64,000 bases of DNA from Clostridia bacterium (GTDB lineage Bacteria; Bacillota; Clostridia; UBA1212), in contig JAGDAX010000141.1 of NCBI GenBank assembly GCA_017848335.1, positions 5,558 through 69,557 of the forward strand. Reading direction: 5' to 3'. This document shows, piece after piece, positions 1 through 17,306 of the stretch (position 1 is its first letter; the number at the start of each line of letters is the position of its first letter). A model generated the notes under the pieces. That model searched no databases. It had not been told where the DNA came from and saw nothing but the letters and a program-made list of their open reading frames with translations. The position numbers and the translations under genes were made by a program.

Positions 1-3612
<3,612 letters not shown>

Positions 3613-3630
3613 GCGTAAGGAGGAACCAAT

Positions 3631-7701
<4,071 letters not shown>

Positions 7702-7907
7702 TCGGAGTATGATCGGTGTTTGATCGGGTATAGGCAGGGAGCTGATTCGGAACTCATTGAGAACTGCTTGGGGTTTTGATTCGGTACCGGCCCGGTACTC
7801 AGGTTTTGGGTTAAAATATTATACAGGCTTTGTGCTTTTGGCTGCCTTTTGACCGCGCATTTCGCGGCGGTCTGCGCAGGACTGAAGGCACGGAGCTGAC
7901 GGACGAA

Positions 7908-7950
7908 GCCGGCACTTTCTGATTTTCGGGGTGCCGGCTTTTGCGTTTTC
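7908..7950 (+). terminator. Rho-independent terminator downstream of rpoC
   Basis: gccggcac-(loop)-gtgccggc stem followed by ttttgcgtttt. Confidence 0.5.
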
Positions 7951-7987
7951 CTTCAGCGCGCGAAGCATGCCGGGCAGCACTTTTTGA

Positions 7988-8070
7988 CCACCGCGAAGCA
8001 TATTGAGCCTCTCACCGGGCACGCCGGCGCGCGAACCGTTCGCGTCTCAAAATGCAGACGCGGAATCCTG
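7988..8070 (-). repeat. Dispersed repeat A, reverse-complement copy (~85 bp)
   Basis: The reverse complement aligns with 57430-57550 and 61933-62059 (ccgcgtctgcattttgag...gaacggttc.cgcg...ctcaatatgct.cgcggtgg). It contains the cgcgtct/agacgcg hairpin. Confidence 0.6.
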
Positions 8071-8117
8071 TCCATTCACCGGATGCCGGATCCTCTTGCC
8101 TCCGGCCTTCAGCCTCT

Positions 8118-8250
8118 TGCCTGTCTTGGCACTTGGCACTCCCGACCCATAGCCCGCATCCCATAACTCCCGTCCCATAGCCCGCAGCCCATAAATCCCG
8201 TCCCGCAACTCCCTTCCCATAACTCACGCGGAACGCGCGCCCAGCCTCAT
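8118..8250. repeat. Mosaic intergenic repeat made of ggcacttggcac, cccata(a/g)c tandem units and the cgcggaacgcgcg hairpin
   Basis: tcttggcacttggcactcc + ~7 cccatagc/cccataac units + cacgcggaacgcgcg. The same modules recur at 16195, 23715, 35750, 39597, 42597, 50050, 59235 and 62135. Confidence 0.7.
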
Positions 8251-8257
8251 ACTCATT

Positions 8258-8287
8258 GCAAATAACCCGCGTTAGTTTTATAATATC
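8258..8287 (+). promoter_or_regulatory. sigma-A-like promoter (TTGCAA-17-TATAAT) upstream of the FRG-domain gene
   Basis: ttgcaaataacccgcgttagttttataat. Confidence 0.45.
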
Positions 8288-8403
8288 CACAGGGAACAGG
8301 GGCATTCCGCTTTTGCCCTTCGAGAGCTTGCCGGGCAGGCGCCCGTTTGCCTGCGCACCGGACGATTCTTGCGAATATCCGACGAGGAAGGAGACCTTGA
8401 GAA

Positions 8404-9207
8404 GTGATCAAAGTTGTGGAAATCAAGAGGCTTGACGAGCTTATGCCGCTGATGACGGAGCAGAATTTCAGGCCTGATATCGGCCGCCACAGAAGCATGT
8501 ACATTTACCGGGGCATCAGCAACGCCGGGTACAAGATGGAGACGAGCCTTTACAGGAACTGCAAGCACCTGCAGGCCAATCTCGAGCCCGCGATCCTGAA
8601 TAATTTCACCAAGTATGCCGTCATTGAGGATCCCTCGGTGGAGGGCTCCGTGTGGACGCAGATGGTGCTGGGACAGCATTTCGGTCTGCCTACGAGGCTG
8701 CTTGACTGGACGCATTCCGCTCTTATCGGGCTGCATTTCGCCACGTCGGAGGACAATATGGATCTGATGGCGGATCACGACTGCGCGGTGTGGCGCATTG
8801 ACATGCCTGAGGTGCATTCGCTGCTTCCCGACAATTACAAGAAGGTGCTGAGCGAGTCCACCACGGACATCTTCTCCGTCAAGACGCTGAGCCGCGTCAC
8901 GGAGAGCCTCAAGCAGTACGACGAGGACATGAAGGACTGCGCCATGGTCATTGTGGAGCCGCCCTCCATCGAGCAGCGCATCGTGAATCAGTATTCGTTC
9001 TTCTCAATCGTGCCTATGGGCATCAACGACGTGGAGGGGTTCCTTGACAGGTATACCTCCAATACCGTGAAGTACGTCATATCCGGCAAGCTGCGCTGGA
9101 GGATCCGCGACATGCTCGACCAGCTGAACGTCAGCGAGCGCATTATGTATCCGGGGCTTGACGGACTATCCAAGTGGATCGCGAGGCACTATTTCGTGAA
9201 GCAGTAG
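8404..9207 (+). CDS. FRG-domain protein (PF08867-like), standalone
   Basis: YIYRGISNAGYK...QHFGLPTRLLDWTHSALIGLHFA matches the FRG-domain signature. GTG start with RBS gaaggagacc. Flanked on both sides by repeats. Alternative ATG at ~8443. Confidence 0.6.
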   Translation: MIKVVEIKRLDELMPLMTEQNFRPDIGRHRSMYIYRGISNAGYKMETSLYRNCKHLQANLEPAILNNFTKYAVIEDPSVEGSVWTQMVLGQHFGLPTRLLDWTHSALIGLHFATSEDNMDLMADHDCAVWRIDMPEVHSLLPDNYKKVLSESTTDIFSVKTLSRVTESLKQYDEDMKDCAMVIVEPPSIEQRIVNQYSFFSIVPMGINDVEGFLDRYTSNTVKYVISGKLRWRIRDMLDQLNVSERIMYPGLDGLSKWIARHYFVKQ

Positions 9208-9211
9208 AGCC

Positions 9212-9345
9212 TTTTTGGGCTTTTGTACGTTTGGGCTTTTGTGCGTTTTGGCACCTGGGCGTTTGCGAACATGGGCGTTTGGGCACTATTTGTACGTTTG
9301 GGCGTTTGAGCCTTTTGGCACTTAGGCGTTTGAGCGCGGACAGAG
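9212..9345. repeat. Degenerate tandem repeat (cgtttgggc / gttttggcac units)
   Basis: ttttgggcttttgtacgtttgggcttttgtgcgttttggcacctgggcgtttgcgaacatgggcgtttgggcactatttgtacgtttgggcgtttgagcc. Confidence 0.6.
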
Positions 9346-9499
9346 CGGATCCGTGCCACGGCAGGCATGCTTCCGAATTCACTTTTTTCCATTACACTGA
9401 ATGTAAATATAATTCACCGAAGACGTAAATACGTCGTAAATACAAACAGTCACAGATTAAATTTACCGCACGGTTAACAATCTTTTTTGGAGTTCTGAT

Positions 9500-10744
9500 A
9501 TGAATGTTGTTTTGAAAAATCTGACCAAAATTTTCCCGGGAAGGAACCGCGGCGACAGGGAAGTGATCGCGGTCAAAGACTTCGACCTGGAGATCCCGGA
9601 CGGCAAGCTGGTGGCTCTTCTCGGGCCCTCGGGCTGCGGCAAGAGTACCATTCTCAATCTCATTTGCGGGCTTGAAACGCCTTCCAAAGGGCAGATCTTC
9701 TTTGGGGAGAGGGATATTACCAACGTGCCGCCGGAGCAGCGGGGCGTGGGAATGGTCTTCCAGAATTACGCGCTCTATCCGCATATGACGGTCCGGCAGA
9801 ATATATTGTTCCCGCTGCAGAATTTTAAGGGCAGGAACAGGCTTCCCAAGGAGGAAATGGAGAAGAGGGCGCTTGAAGCCGCGAGGCTGGTGAAGCTGGA
9901 CAATCTCATGAGCCGCAAGCCGGGGCAGATGTCGGGCGGCCAGCAGCAGCGGGCGGCGATTGCGAGGGCGCTTGTGAAGCTCCCGGATCTGCTCCTTTTG
10001 GACGAGCCGCTGTCGAACCTTGACGCGAGGCTGAGGCTTGAGACCAGGGAGGAGATACGCAGGATCCAGAAGGAGACCAACATCACCACGGTTTTCGTGA
10101 CACATGACCAGGAAGAGGCTCTCAGCATTTCCGACATGATCGTGGTCATGAAGGCCGGCGTTTTGATGCAGCTGGGCAAGCCTCAGGACGTTTACGACGA
10201 CCCCGTCAACCTTTTCGTGGCGGAATTCCTCGGAACGCCTGCCATCAACGTATTCGCGGGCGAGGTCAGGGACGGCAAAATAATGGTCGGCGACGACGTG
10301 ATCGGGGACGCTCCGGGCATCCCTTCGCAGCCGGTGGACGTGGGCATAAGGCCCGAGGGCTTCATTCCCGGGGGAAGCTCGATGCACATGCGGTTCAAGG
10401 CGCTGGAGGTCATGGGAAGGGACATGAGCATCGTGTCGGAGAGCGGCTTCTCGAAGGCGCCCACGGTGCGGGCTATCGTCTCGTCCTCCGCGGACGCTGC
10501 GCCGAGGGACGGCGTCATCACGTTCGATATCAAGCCCGAAAAGCTTTACATATTCGGCAAGGAGACCGGGGAGCGCATTTACACAGGTCGTGCTGCGAGG
10601 CAAGCTTCTGCTGTCACCGACAAGCTCGCGGATTCCGACGGCCTCGCGGTGCCCGATGACCTCGCGGCCCCCGACGGCATCGCAGCTTCCGCTGACTCCG
10701 CGGATAAAGTCGGCGGCGGCGCCGGGGAAGGCGGTGCGCAATGA
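9500..10744 (+). CDS. Sugar ABC transporter ATP-binding protein (MalK/UgpC-like)
   Basis: Walker A GPSGCGKST, signature LSGGQQQR, Walker B LLLDEPLSNLD, and a C-terminal TOBE-like domain. Confidence 0.9.
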   Translation: MNVVLKNLTKIFPGRNRGDREVIAVKDFDLEIPDGKLVALLGPSGCGKSTILNLICGLETPSKGQIFFGERDITNVPPEQRGVGMVFQNYALYPHMTVRQNILFPLQNFKGRNRLPKEEMEKRALEAARLVKLDNLMSRKPGQMSGGQQQRAAIARALVKLPDLLLLDEPLSNLDARLRLETREEIRRIQKETNITTVFVTHDQEEALSISDMIVVMKAGVLMQLGKPQDVYDDPVNLFVAEFLGTPAINVFAGEVRDGKIMVGDDVIGDAPGIPSQPVDVGIRPEGFIPGGSSMHMRFKALEVMGRDMSIVSESGFSKAPTVRAIVSSSADAAPRDGVITFDIKPEKLYIFGKETGERIYTGRAARQASAVTDKLADSDGLAVPDDLAAPDGIAASADSADKVGGGAGEGGAQ

Positions 10745-11628
10745 AAAAAAGCAACGCCAAGGCCTGGCTGTACCTGCTGCCCGCAATAATATTCCTGGGT
10801 ATATTCATGGTGTACCCGCTGGTGGACGTGGTGGTCTATTCGCTGGAGGAGGGTTACAATTTTGCCTCCCAGACCTACGACGGCGTGGGCATTTACAATT
10901 TCCGCTACGTTCTGAGGGACCCGTATTTCATCCAGGCGCTCAAAAACACCTTTATACTGGTGATCATCACGGTGCCGCTGTCCACGGGCTTCGCGCTTCT
11001 GATATCGCTTGCGCTGAGCTCCATCAGGAAGCTGCGGGAGCTTTACCAGACCGTGTTTTTTCTGCCTTACGTCACGAACACGCTGGCGGTGGGCCTTGTT
11101 TTTATGATCCTTTTCGACAAGACCGAGTACACCGACGGCCTGGTGAACACGTTCATCAGGATATTCGGCGGCAGCTCGGTGGATTTTATTGACGGGCCTT
11201 ACTGGGCTAAAATGCTGGTGCTCTGCCTGTACACGATCTGGATCGTTCTGCCCTTCAAGATCCTCATACTGACCAGCGCGCTGGCCTCCGTGAAGCAGGA
11301 CTACTACAACGCCGCCAAGGTGGACGGCACGCCCAGGCTGAGAGTGTTTACGCGCATCACGCTGCCGATGATCTCGCCCATGATCTTCTATCTCGTGATC
11401 ACGGGCTTTATCGGCGCCTTCAAGGCCTACAGCGATGCGGTGGCGCTTTTCGGCGTTGACCTTAACGCGCAGGGCATGAATACTATCGTGGGGTACGTCT
11501 ACGATATGCTTTACGGGAACAGCGGCGGCTATCCTTCCTTCGCGTCGGCGGCGGCGCTGATACTGTTCGCCATCGTGCTTTCGATCACCTGCATAAACCT
11601 TATGGTCAGCAGGAAGATCGCGCTATAA
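10741..11628 (+). CDS. Sugar ABC transporter permease (MalF/UgpA-like)
   Basis: Six-TM permease. Start overlaps the upstream stop (atga), indicating translational coupling. Confidence 0.85.
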   Translation: MKKSNAKAWLYLLPAIIFLGIFMVYPLVDVVVYSLEEGYNFASQTYDGVGIYNFRYVLRDPYFIQALKNTFILVIITVPLSTGFALLISLALSSIRKLRELYQTVFFLPYVTNTLAVGLVFMILFDKTEYTDGLVNTFIRIFGGSSVDFIDGPYWAKMLVLCLYTIWIVLPFKILILTSALASVKQDYYNAAKVDGTPRLRVFTRITLPMISPMIFYLVITGFIGAFKAYSDAVALFGVDLNAQGMNTIVGYVYDMLYGNSGGYPSFASAAALILFAIVLSITCINLMVSRKIAL

Positions 11629-11638
11629 GGAGGGCGCC

Positions 11639-12604
11639 ATGGACAAGGACAACACGACTATCAAAACCGCCGCGGGCAGGGACAACACGAAAATCAAAAC
11701 TGACGCGGGCAGGGACGACGCGACTATCAAAACCGCCCCGTCCGGCGATCTTCGCGAGATCAGGAAGGCATCCGCCCGCAGTGTGACCGGGAAGGTGCTT
11801 ACGTACGTATTCCTCTCGCTGTGGGCCTACGCGGTGCTCTTTCCGTTCTTCTGGATGATCCTCACGGCCTTCAAGCCGTACGAGGAATACACAGCGGAGA
11901 CGACGCCCTCGTTCTTTGTGCATTCGCCGACGCTGGGCAACTACGTCAAGGCCTTCACGGAGCAGCCGCTGGCGAAATACCTGCTCAACACCTTTATTTT
12001 CGCGGTTCTGACCACGGGCATCATGCTGCTGGTGATCGTATTTGCGGCCTTTGCATTCGCGCGGCTGCAGTTCAGAGGCAAGAATATCGTGTTTACGTTC
12101 TTCCTGTCTCTCATGATGATACCCGCGGAGCTGGTGGTGATCACAAACTACGTGACCATAACGGACTGGGGGCTCAAGAACAGCTTCCTGGGCCTTATAT
12201 TGCCCTCGGTGACTTCGGTTTTCTACATTTACCTTTTGAAGGAGAATTTCGAGCAGGTGCCTGACGAGCTCTACAAGGCCGCCAAGGTGGACGGCACGTC
12301 GGACCTCAAGTACCTCTTTAAGGTGCTCATTCCGATCTCAAAGCCCACCGTCATAACCGTCGTCATTCTCAAGGTCATCGAGTGCTGGAATTCCTACGTG
12401 TGGCCGAGGCTCATCACCGACGACCCCAATTATTATCTGGTGTCCAACGGGATACAGGAGATAAGGCAGAACGGCTTCGGCAGGGAAAATATTCCCGCGA
12501 TGATGGCCGCAGTGGTGGTGATCTCGGTGCCGCTGGTGGTGCTCTTCCTGATATTCCGCCGCAAGATTATGGAAGGCGTTTCGAGAGGGGGCACGAAGGG
12601 ATGA
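11639..12604 (+). CDS. Sugar ABC transporter permease (MalG/UgpE-like)
   Basis: Permease fold with the EAA-like loop. The N-terminal 30 aa are encoded by a 30-nt tandem repeat (DNTTIKTAAGR x3), so the true start may lie downstream. Confidence 0.8.
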   Translation: MDKDNTTIKTAAGRDNTKIKTDAGRDDATIKTAPSGDLREIRKASARSVTGKVLTYVFLSLWAYAVLFPFFWMILTAFKPYEEYTAETTPSFFVHSPTLGNYVKAFTEQPLAKYLLNTFIFAVLTTGIMLLVIVFAAFAFARLQFRGKNIVFTFFLSLMMIPAELVVITNYVTITDWGLKNSFLGLILPSVTSVFYIYLLKENFEQVPDELYKAAKVDGTSDLKYLFKVLIPISKPTVITVVILKVIECWNSYVWPRLITDDPNYYLVSNGIQEIRQNGFGRENIPAMMAAVVVISVPLVVLFLIFRRKIMEGVSRGGTKG

Positions 12605-12687
12605 TCTTATCGGGAAAAGTATCGGAAAGATTATCGGGAAAAGTATCGGAAAGATTATCGGGAAAACTATCCGGAAGCTTATCGGTA

Positions 12688-14316
12688 ATGAGACTGCCGC
12701 GCAAATTATTATCCGTGATCGCCGCGGTGCTGGTGCTGCCGCTTCTTTGCACGACGCTTTGGGGCTGCCACGGGAGCAGGGAGATCAACGACTTTGAGAT
12801 CCCCGGAGGCTTCGACGAGAGCCGCAGATTCGAGATAGTTTTCTGGGCAAAAAACGACACGAACATCAACCAGAGACGCATTTACGAGCAGGCGATCGCG
12901 GATTTTCAGGAAATATATCCGAATATCAGCGTGAAGCTCAAATCATACACGGACTACGGCGCGATATACAATGACGTGATCACCAATATTTCCACCGGCA
13001 CCACGCCCAACATCTGCATCACATACCCGGACCACATCGCCACTTACATTACCGGCGAAAACGTGGTGCTGCCTCTTGACGCGATAATGGACGACCCTGC
13101 CTACGGTCTGGGCGGCTCCGCGATCAAATTCGACGCCCCTTCAAAGGACGAAATCCAGAAGAAATTCCTGGACGAGGGCATCGTGGCCGGGCGGCAGTAC
13201 GCTCTCCCGTATATGAGATCCACTGAGGCCCTTTACATCAACAAGACCTACGTGGAGGCCATGGGGTACACCGTTCCTGAGATCGCGACATGGGATTTCA
13301 TCTGGGAGGTGTCCGAAAAGGCCATGGAGAAGTCGCCCGACGATCCCGACCTCTTTAAGGTGAACGGCCAGAATATCATGATACCGTTCATTTACAAATC
13401 CACCGACAATATGATGATAACCATGCTGAAGCAAAAGGATGCGGGTTATTCCACCGACAAGGGCGAGATACTGATTTTCAACGACACCACCAGGGAGCTC
13501 CTGGAGGAAATCGCGGTTCACGGCGGCAGCAGGGCGTTCTCGACCTTCAAGATATCCAGCTACCCGGGCAATTTCTTCAACGCGGGAAGGTGCATTTTCG
13601 CGGTGGATTCGACGGCAGGAGCCACGTGGATAGGCTCGCACGCGCCGCTTTCGGACATTCACGAGTCTGAGATCGTAGAGTTTGAGACGGTGGTGCGGCC
13701 GGTGCCCCAGTTCGACCCTGAGCATCCGCAAATGATTTCCCAGGGCCCCTCGGTATGCATTTTCAACCAGAACGACAGCCAGGAGGTGCTGGCCTCGTGG
13801 ATATTCGCGCAGTTTCTCCTGACCAACAGCGTGCAGATACCCTATTCGGGCACAGAGGGCTACGTGCCCGTTACAAGGACTGCCGCGGAGTCTGCGGAAT
13901 ACAGGGACTATCTTTCCCGACGGGGAGAGGACAACAAGACCTATTACAGCGTCAAGATCGACGCCTCCAAGCTGCTGCTCGACAATATCGACAATTCCTT
14001 CATCACGCCGGTTTTCAACGGCTCGACGTCGCTCCGTGACGCGGCGGGGGACCTTATCGAGAACGTGGTGAAGTCCGAAAGGCGCAAAGAGACCGTGGAC
14101 GACGCCTACTTCGTGAAGCTCAGGGAAAACGTCACCAAGCTGTACCGGCTGGACCAGCTGGAGGTGTCTGAGGACGGCGGGAGGGCCCTCGGGAAGCTTC
14201 CTGCGGCTTCGGTATGGCTTCTGTCGGGGCTTGCTGCGGTCTGGGTCGGGATCGGCGCGTATTACGCCTGTTCGCTGGTGAAAAAGAAGAAGGAGGCCGC
14301 GGGGCAGGCGCGTTAA
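12688..14316 (+). CDS. Extracellular solute-binding lipoprotein of the ABC transporter (SBP family 1), with an extra C-terminal hydrophobic helix and KKKK tail
   Basis: Signal peptide with lipobox LWGC (MRLPRKLLSVIAAVLVLPLLCTTLWGC). The upstream part of the ORF (12382-12687) overlaps the permease and includes a 24-nt x3 tandem repeat. The C-terminus is LSGLAAVWVGIGAYYACSLVKKKKE. Confidence 0.75.
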   Translation: MRLPRKLLSVIAAVLVLPLLCTTLWGCHGSREINDFEIPGGFDESRRFEIVFWAKNDTNINQRRIYEQAIADFQEIYPNISVKLKSYTDYGAIYNDVITNISTGTTPNICITYPDHIATYITGENVVLPLDAIMDDPAYGLGGSAIKFDAPSKDEIQKKFLDEGIVAGRQYALPYMRSTEALYINKTYVEAMGYTVPEIATWDFIWEVSEKAMEKSPDDPDLFKVNGQNIMIPFIYKSTDNMMITMLKQKDAGYSTDKGEILIFNDTTRELLEEIAVHGGSRAFSTFKISSYPGNFFNAGRCIFAVDSTAGATWIGSHAPLSDIHESEIVEFETVVRPVPQFDPEHPQMISQGPSVCIFNQNDSQEVLASWIFAQFLLTNSVQIPYSGTEGYVPVTRTAAESAEYRDYLSRRGEDNKTYYSVKIDASKLLLDNIDNSFITPVFNGSTSLRDAAGDLIENVVKSERRKETVDDAYFVKLRENVTKLYRLDQLEVSEDGGRALGKLPAASVWLLSGLAAVWVGIGAYYACSLVKKKKEAAGQAR

Positions 14317-14611
14317 GTGCGTCAGATCTGACGTTTCGATCCGGCGGCTTCGGGTCGGCTGATTTTCCGCGGCTTCGGGTCGGCGGCGTCTTATCTGCGG
14401 ATCCGGGTCGGCTGCTGGTTTTCTGCTTGCTCCCCGGCGTCTGAGTTTGCTCTGCCGCCTTCGCCGGGCACGCGAGGTACCGTTTTTAGATATTATCGCA
14501 CTTTTGCCGTATTTTTCGTTATTCGGTGCTTTTGACGTTTTTTTGGCGAAAACCGGATAAAAATTCAACGAAAAAAAGGCATTTTTCAGGTGGCTTTTCT
14601 CCTGTTCCCGG

Positions 14612-14640
14612 TTGACAATTTCTGACTAAGCGCATATAAT
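14612..14640 (+). promoter_or_regulatory. Consensus sigma-A promoter (TTGACA-17-TATAAT)
   Basis: ttgacaatttctgactaagcgcatataat. This places the real start of the next gene at 14699 rather than the ORF-track ATG at 14639. Confidence 0.6.
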
Positions 14641-14698
14641 GACCTTGTCTATAAGTCTTATTTCTGCAGGCCGTCTGCTCAAAAGGAGCCAAAGCGAA

Positions 14699-15202
14699 AT
14701 GAAACATAAATCCCGACATAATATTCCTGCACTTACAGCATTGATATTGCTTTGCCTTGTCGTGATTAGTGTTGCTATCAATGCGGGTTTTTATGCCAAA
14801 TATACCACAGGCACCGACAATTCTGCGGTGACCCGTATCGGATCCTTTGAGGTGACCGGCGACGGCTTTACCGACAGTATCAATATGTCTGTCACGATGA
14901 AGCCCGGCGAGAGCGCCTCACAGTCTCTCGACATATTCAACACCAGCGAGGTCGCTGTCAAGTGTTATCTGACGATACGCAACAGGACCTGCAATCTTCC
15001 CTTGAAGCTTCAGTTCGGTGACGAGGCCGCGTCAAGCCTTGACGACGCGCAGCCTGTCACCAGGGAGATCGTGCTTGAGCCCCACACCGGTACGGAGTCC
15101 TTCGATTTTTCATTCCTGTGGGCACAGGCCGATAACGATATCTCATACAGCGGACAGCTTGACGTGGTCTCGATAGATCTGGCCGCGGTTCAGATGGATT
15201 GA
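14699..15202 (+). CDS. Secreted protein with a SipW-cognate-type signal peptide, TasA/camelysin-like (tentative)
   Basis: RBS aaaggag. N-terminal TM then GFYAKYTTGTDNS resembles the (L)AYFTD SipW-class signal. MKPGESASQSLDIFNTSEV resembles the TasA LKPGD...N.GS pattern. Confidence 0.45.
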   Translation: MKHKSRHNIPALTALILLCLVVISVAINAGFYAKYTTGTDNSAVTRIGSFEVTGDGFTDSINMSVTMKPGESASQSLDIFNTSEVAVKCYLTIRNRTCNLPLKLQFGDEAASSLDDAQPVTREIVLEPHTGTESFDFSFLWAQADNDISYSGQLDVVSIDLAAVQMD

Positions 15203-15215
15203 TTCGGAGGTATGA

Positions 15216-16040
15216 ATGATGAGTGGGAATCACAACGGAAAATCATCATCCACGGGCAAGGCTCTGATCATTGCCTCGCTGGCGCTTGTCGTGATGGCTT
15301 TGGTCGTGACCGGCGGCGTTCTTCTCGCGAAATATATCCGCACAGGCGGCAATCCCGTCAATGACGTCCACGCCCATACGTTTTATTTCACCAGCGATAT
15401 GCTGAAGCCCGTCAATGAGGATGCCGCGTACACACTGAACGAAAACGTCACAAGCATATCCTTTGAGCTGAGAAACCGCGGAGACGATCTGAGATTCGCG
15501 GATACTGATATCGAATACAACGTCACGGTCGAGCAGTCGGGCACCTCCGCCACGCTGAGCGCCGCTGCGGGCACCCTTGCCAAAAATCAAAAGAGCGACA
15601 GCACCGTCACGCTTTCGGGCCTTGAGAGCGGCAAGACCTATGTGGTCACCGCGGTGGGTACCGCCGGCTACAGCCAGACGCTGAAGGCGACTTTTACGGT
15701 TGCCCGGGCGGAAACCGGTGTGTTTATGAATCTCGACAAGTCCGACCCGACCGAATCCTTTTTTATACTGACGGTCTGGACCAGGGGCAGCATCACCGGC
15801 GACGCAGTGATCGCCTATCCGAACGGCCTCATACCCGACAATACCGACGTCGCCATGAGGACGTGGCAGACCAATGCCGCGCAGGGCACGGACGCGGTGA
15901 GCTTTAAGGATTACGGCAACTCATCGTACACGTACAGGTTTTTCCTTGACACCGGCGCCGTTTTTGCCGACGTTGCGATCGAAGACTTTGCGGTCACCGT
16001 CGGCGGGGAAGCGGCCGTCGCAAAGGCCGTTGTGGACTGA
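15216..16040 (+). CDS. Second secreted TasA-like / SipW-cognate-signal protein (tentative)
   Basis: RBS ggagg. N-terminal TM then LLAKYIRTGGNPVNDVHAHTFYFT resembles the SipW-cognate motif. Ser/Thr-rich beta-like composition. Confidence 0.4.
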   Translation: MMSGNHNGKSSSTGKALIIASLALVVMALVVTGGVLLAKYIRTGGNPVNDVHAHTFYFTSDMLKPVNEDAAYTLNENVTSISFELRNRGDDLRFADTDIEYNVTVEQSGTSATLSAAAGTLAKNQKSDSTVTLSGLESGKTYVVTAVGTAGYSQTLKATFTVARAETGVFMNLDKSDPTESFFILTVWTRGSITGDAVIAYPNGLIPDNTDVAMRTWQTNAAQGTDAVSFKDYGNSSYTYRFFLDTGAVFADVAIEDFAVTVGGEAAVAKAVVD

Positions 16041-16316
16041 TCCCGCAGCATTCCGGCAGCAGACAGCCATGAAGGTTATACAGGTCATACAGGTTACTGG
16101 GATTTTGAAGGCGCTGATTTGTTCGGCGCTTTTTTGTTGATCGGCGCCCGCGCAGCGCAGCCGCGTAGCGCAGCGATTCGGTACGCTTAACTCACGATCC
16201 GGGCCCTATAGCTCCCGCCCCACAGCTCGCGCGGAACGCGCGGACGGCACTTGGCACCCGGTATCCGCGCAGCGGCCTCTGCCTCTAGCCTATCTCGGCA
16301 CTCAAGCAAGAAAATA

Positions 16317-16346
16317 TTTGCAAATCTTCACTTGATAGGGTATAAT
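16317..16346 (+). promoter_or_regulatory. sigma-A-like promoter (TTGCAA-17-TATAAT)
   Basis: ttgcaaatcttcacttgatagggtataat. Confidence 0.45.
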
Positions 16347-16435
16347 GAAAAGGTATGGGATGCTCTTCCCGGGCATTCCGTACAGCTTTACACATTTTTC
16401 TTTTTAGATTATTTCGTTTTAAAGGAGACAATAAG

Positions 16436-17284
16436 ATGAAGAAAATTTTAGTATCATTGATTGCTCTTGTCATGGTTATCGGATTGGCAGCCTGCACGGT
16501 CAACGGCGATCCGGGTACGACTGAAGAACCGGGCAATGCCACACAGGCTCCCGCTGAGAACACTGAGGCTCCTGCTGAGAACACTGAGGCTCCTGCTGAG
16601 AACACCGAGGCACCTGCTGAGGATATTAATGCCAAGTCTGAGGGCGTTATGACTTATGCCGAATATGACGCTGCTGCTATTGATGCAGAGGTTACTATTG
16701 AAGCTTACGTACAGGCTCATCAGTCCTGGTGGGATGATAAGATCACCGTTTATGCCGCTGACGGCGACGGCGCTTATTTCATGTACGATATGAAGTGTGC
16801 TGAGGCAGATGCCGACAAGCTTACTCCCGGCACCAAGATCAGAGTTCACGGCTACAAGGCTGAGTGGTCAGGCGAGATCGAGATCGTCGACGGTACGTTT
16901 GAGATCCTCGAGGGCAATTACATTGCTCCCGCCGTTGACGTGACAGATCTTCTGGGAACCGACGAGCTCATCAAGAAGCAGAACCAGTTCGTATCCTTTA
17001 AGGGTCTTACGGTCGTTGCCAAGAAGCTTAAAGACGACGATACCGAATACGCTTTCATGTACAAGTGGGACAACTCGGGTGAGCAGGGCGACGACGTTTA
17101 TTTCGACGTCAAGCTTGGCGAGAATACCTACACCTTCCTGGTTGAGTCTTACCTCTGCGGCAAGGACACCGACGTTTACAAGGCAGTTGAAGGCCTTAAG
17201 GTCGGCGACGTCGTTGATCTGGAGGGCTTCCTCTACTGGTACAACGGAGTCAATCCTCACATTACTTCCGTTATAGTTAAATAA
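16436..17284 (+). CDS. Lipoprotein with a tandem TEAPAEN repeat linker and an OB-fold-like C-terminal domain (hypothetical)
   Basis: RBS aaaggagac. Signal peptide plus lipobox LAAC. 21-nt x4 in-frame repeat at 16545-16625. Confidence 0.7.
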   Translation: MKKILVSLIALVMVIGLAACTVNGDPGTTEEPGNATQAPAENTEAPAENTEAPAENTEAPAEDINAKSEGVMTYAEYDAAAIDAEVTIEAYVQAHQSWWDDKITVYAADGDGAYFMYDMKCAEADADKLTPGTKIRVHGYKAEWSGEIEIVDGTFEILEGNYIAPAVDVTDLLGTDELIKKQNQFVSFKGLTVVAKKLKDDDTEYAFMYKWDNSGEQGDDVYFDVKLGENTYTFLVESYLCGKDTDVYKAVEGLKVGDVVDLEGFLYWYNGVNPHITSVIVK

Positions 17285-17306
17285 TCGATAATTGCCGATA
17301 AGAGTG

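Noticed and set aside
9174-9428. Small ORFs in the gap between the FRG-domain gene and the ABC transporter (9143-9382, 9174-9428, 9189-9392)
   Set aside because: They overlap each other on both strands within the cgtttgggc tandem repeat, so they are repeat-derived.
12382-12687. Upstream 102 codons of the ORF-track SBP ORF (MLEFLRVAEAHH...)
   Set aside because: This part overlaps the 3' end of the permease gene in another frame and is partly encoded by a tandem repeat. A canonical lipoprotein signal peptide begins at 12688.
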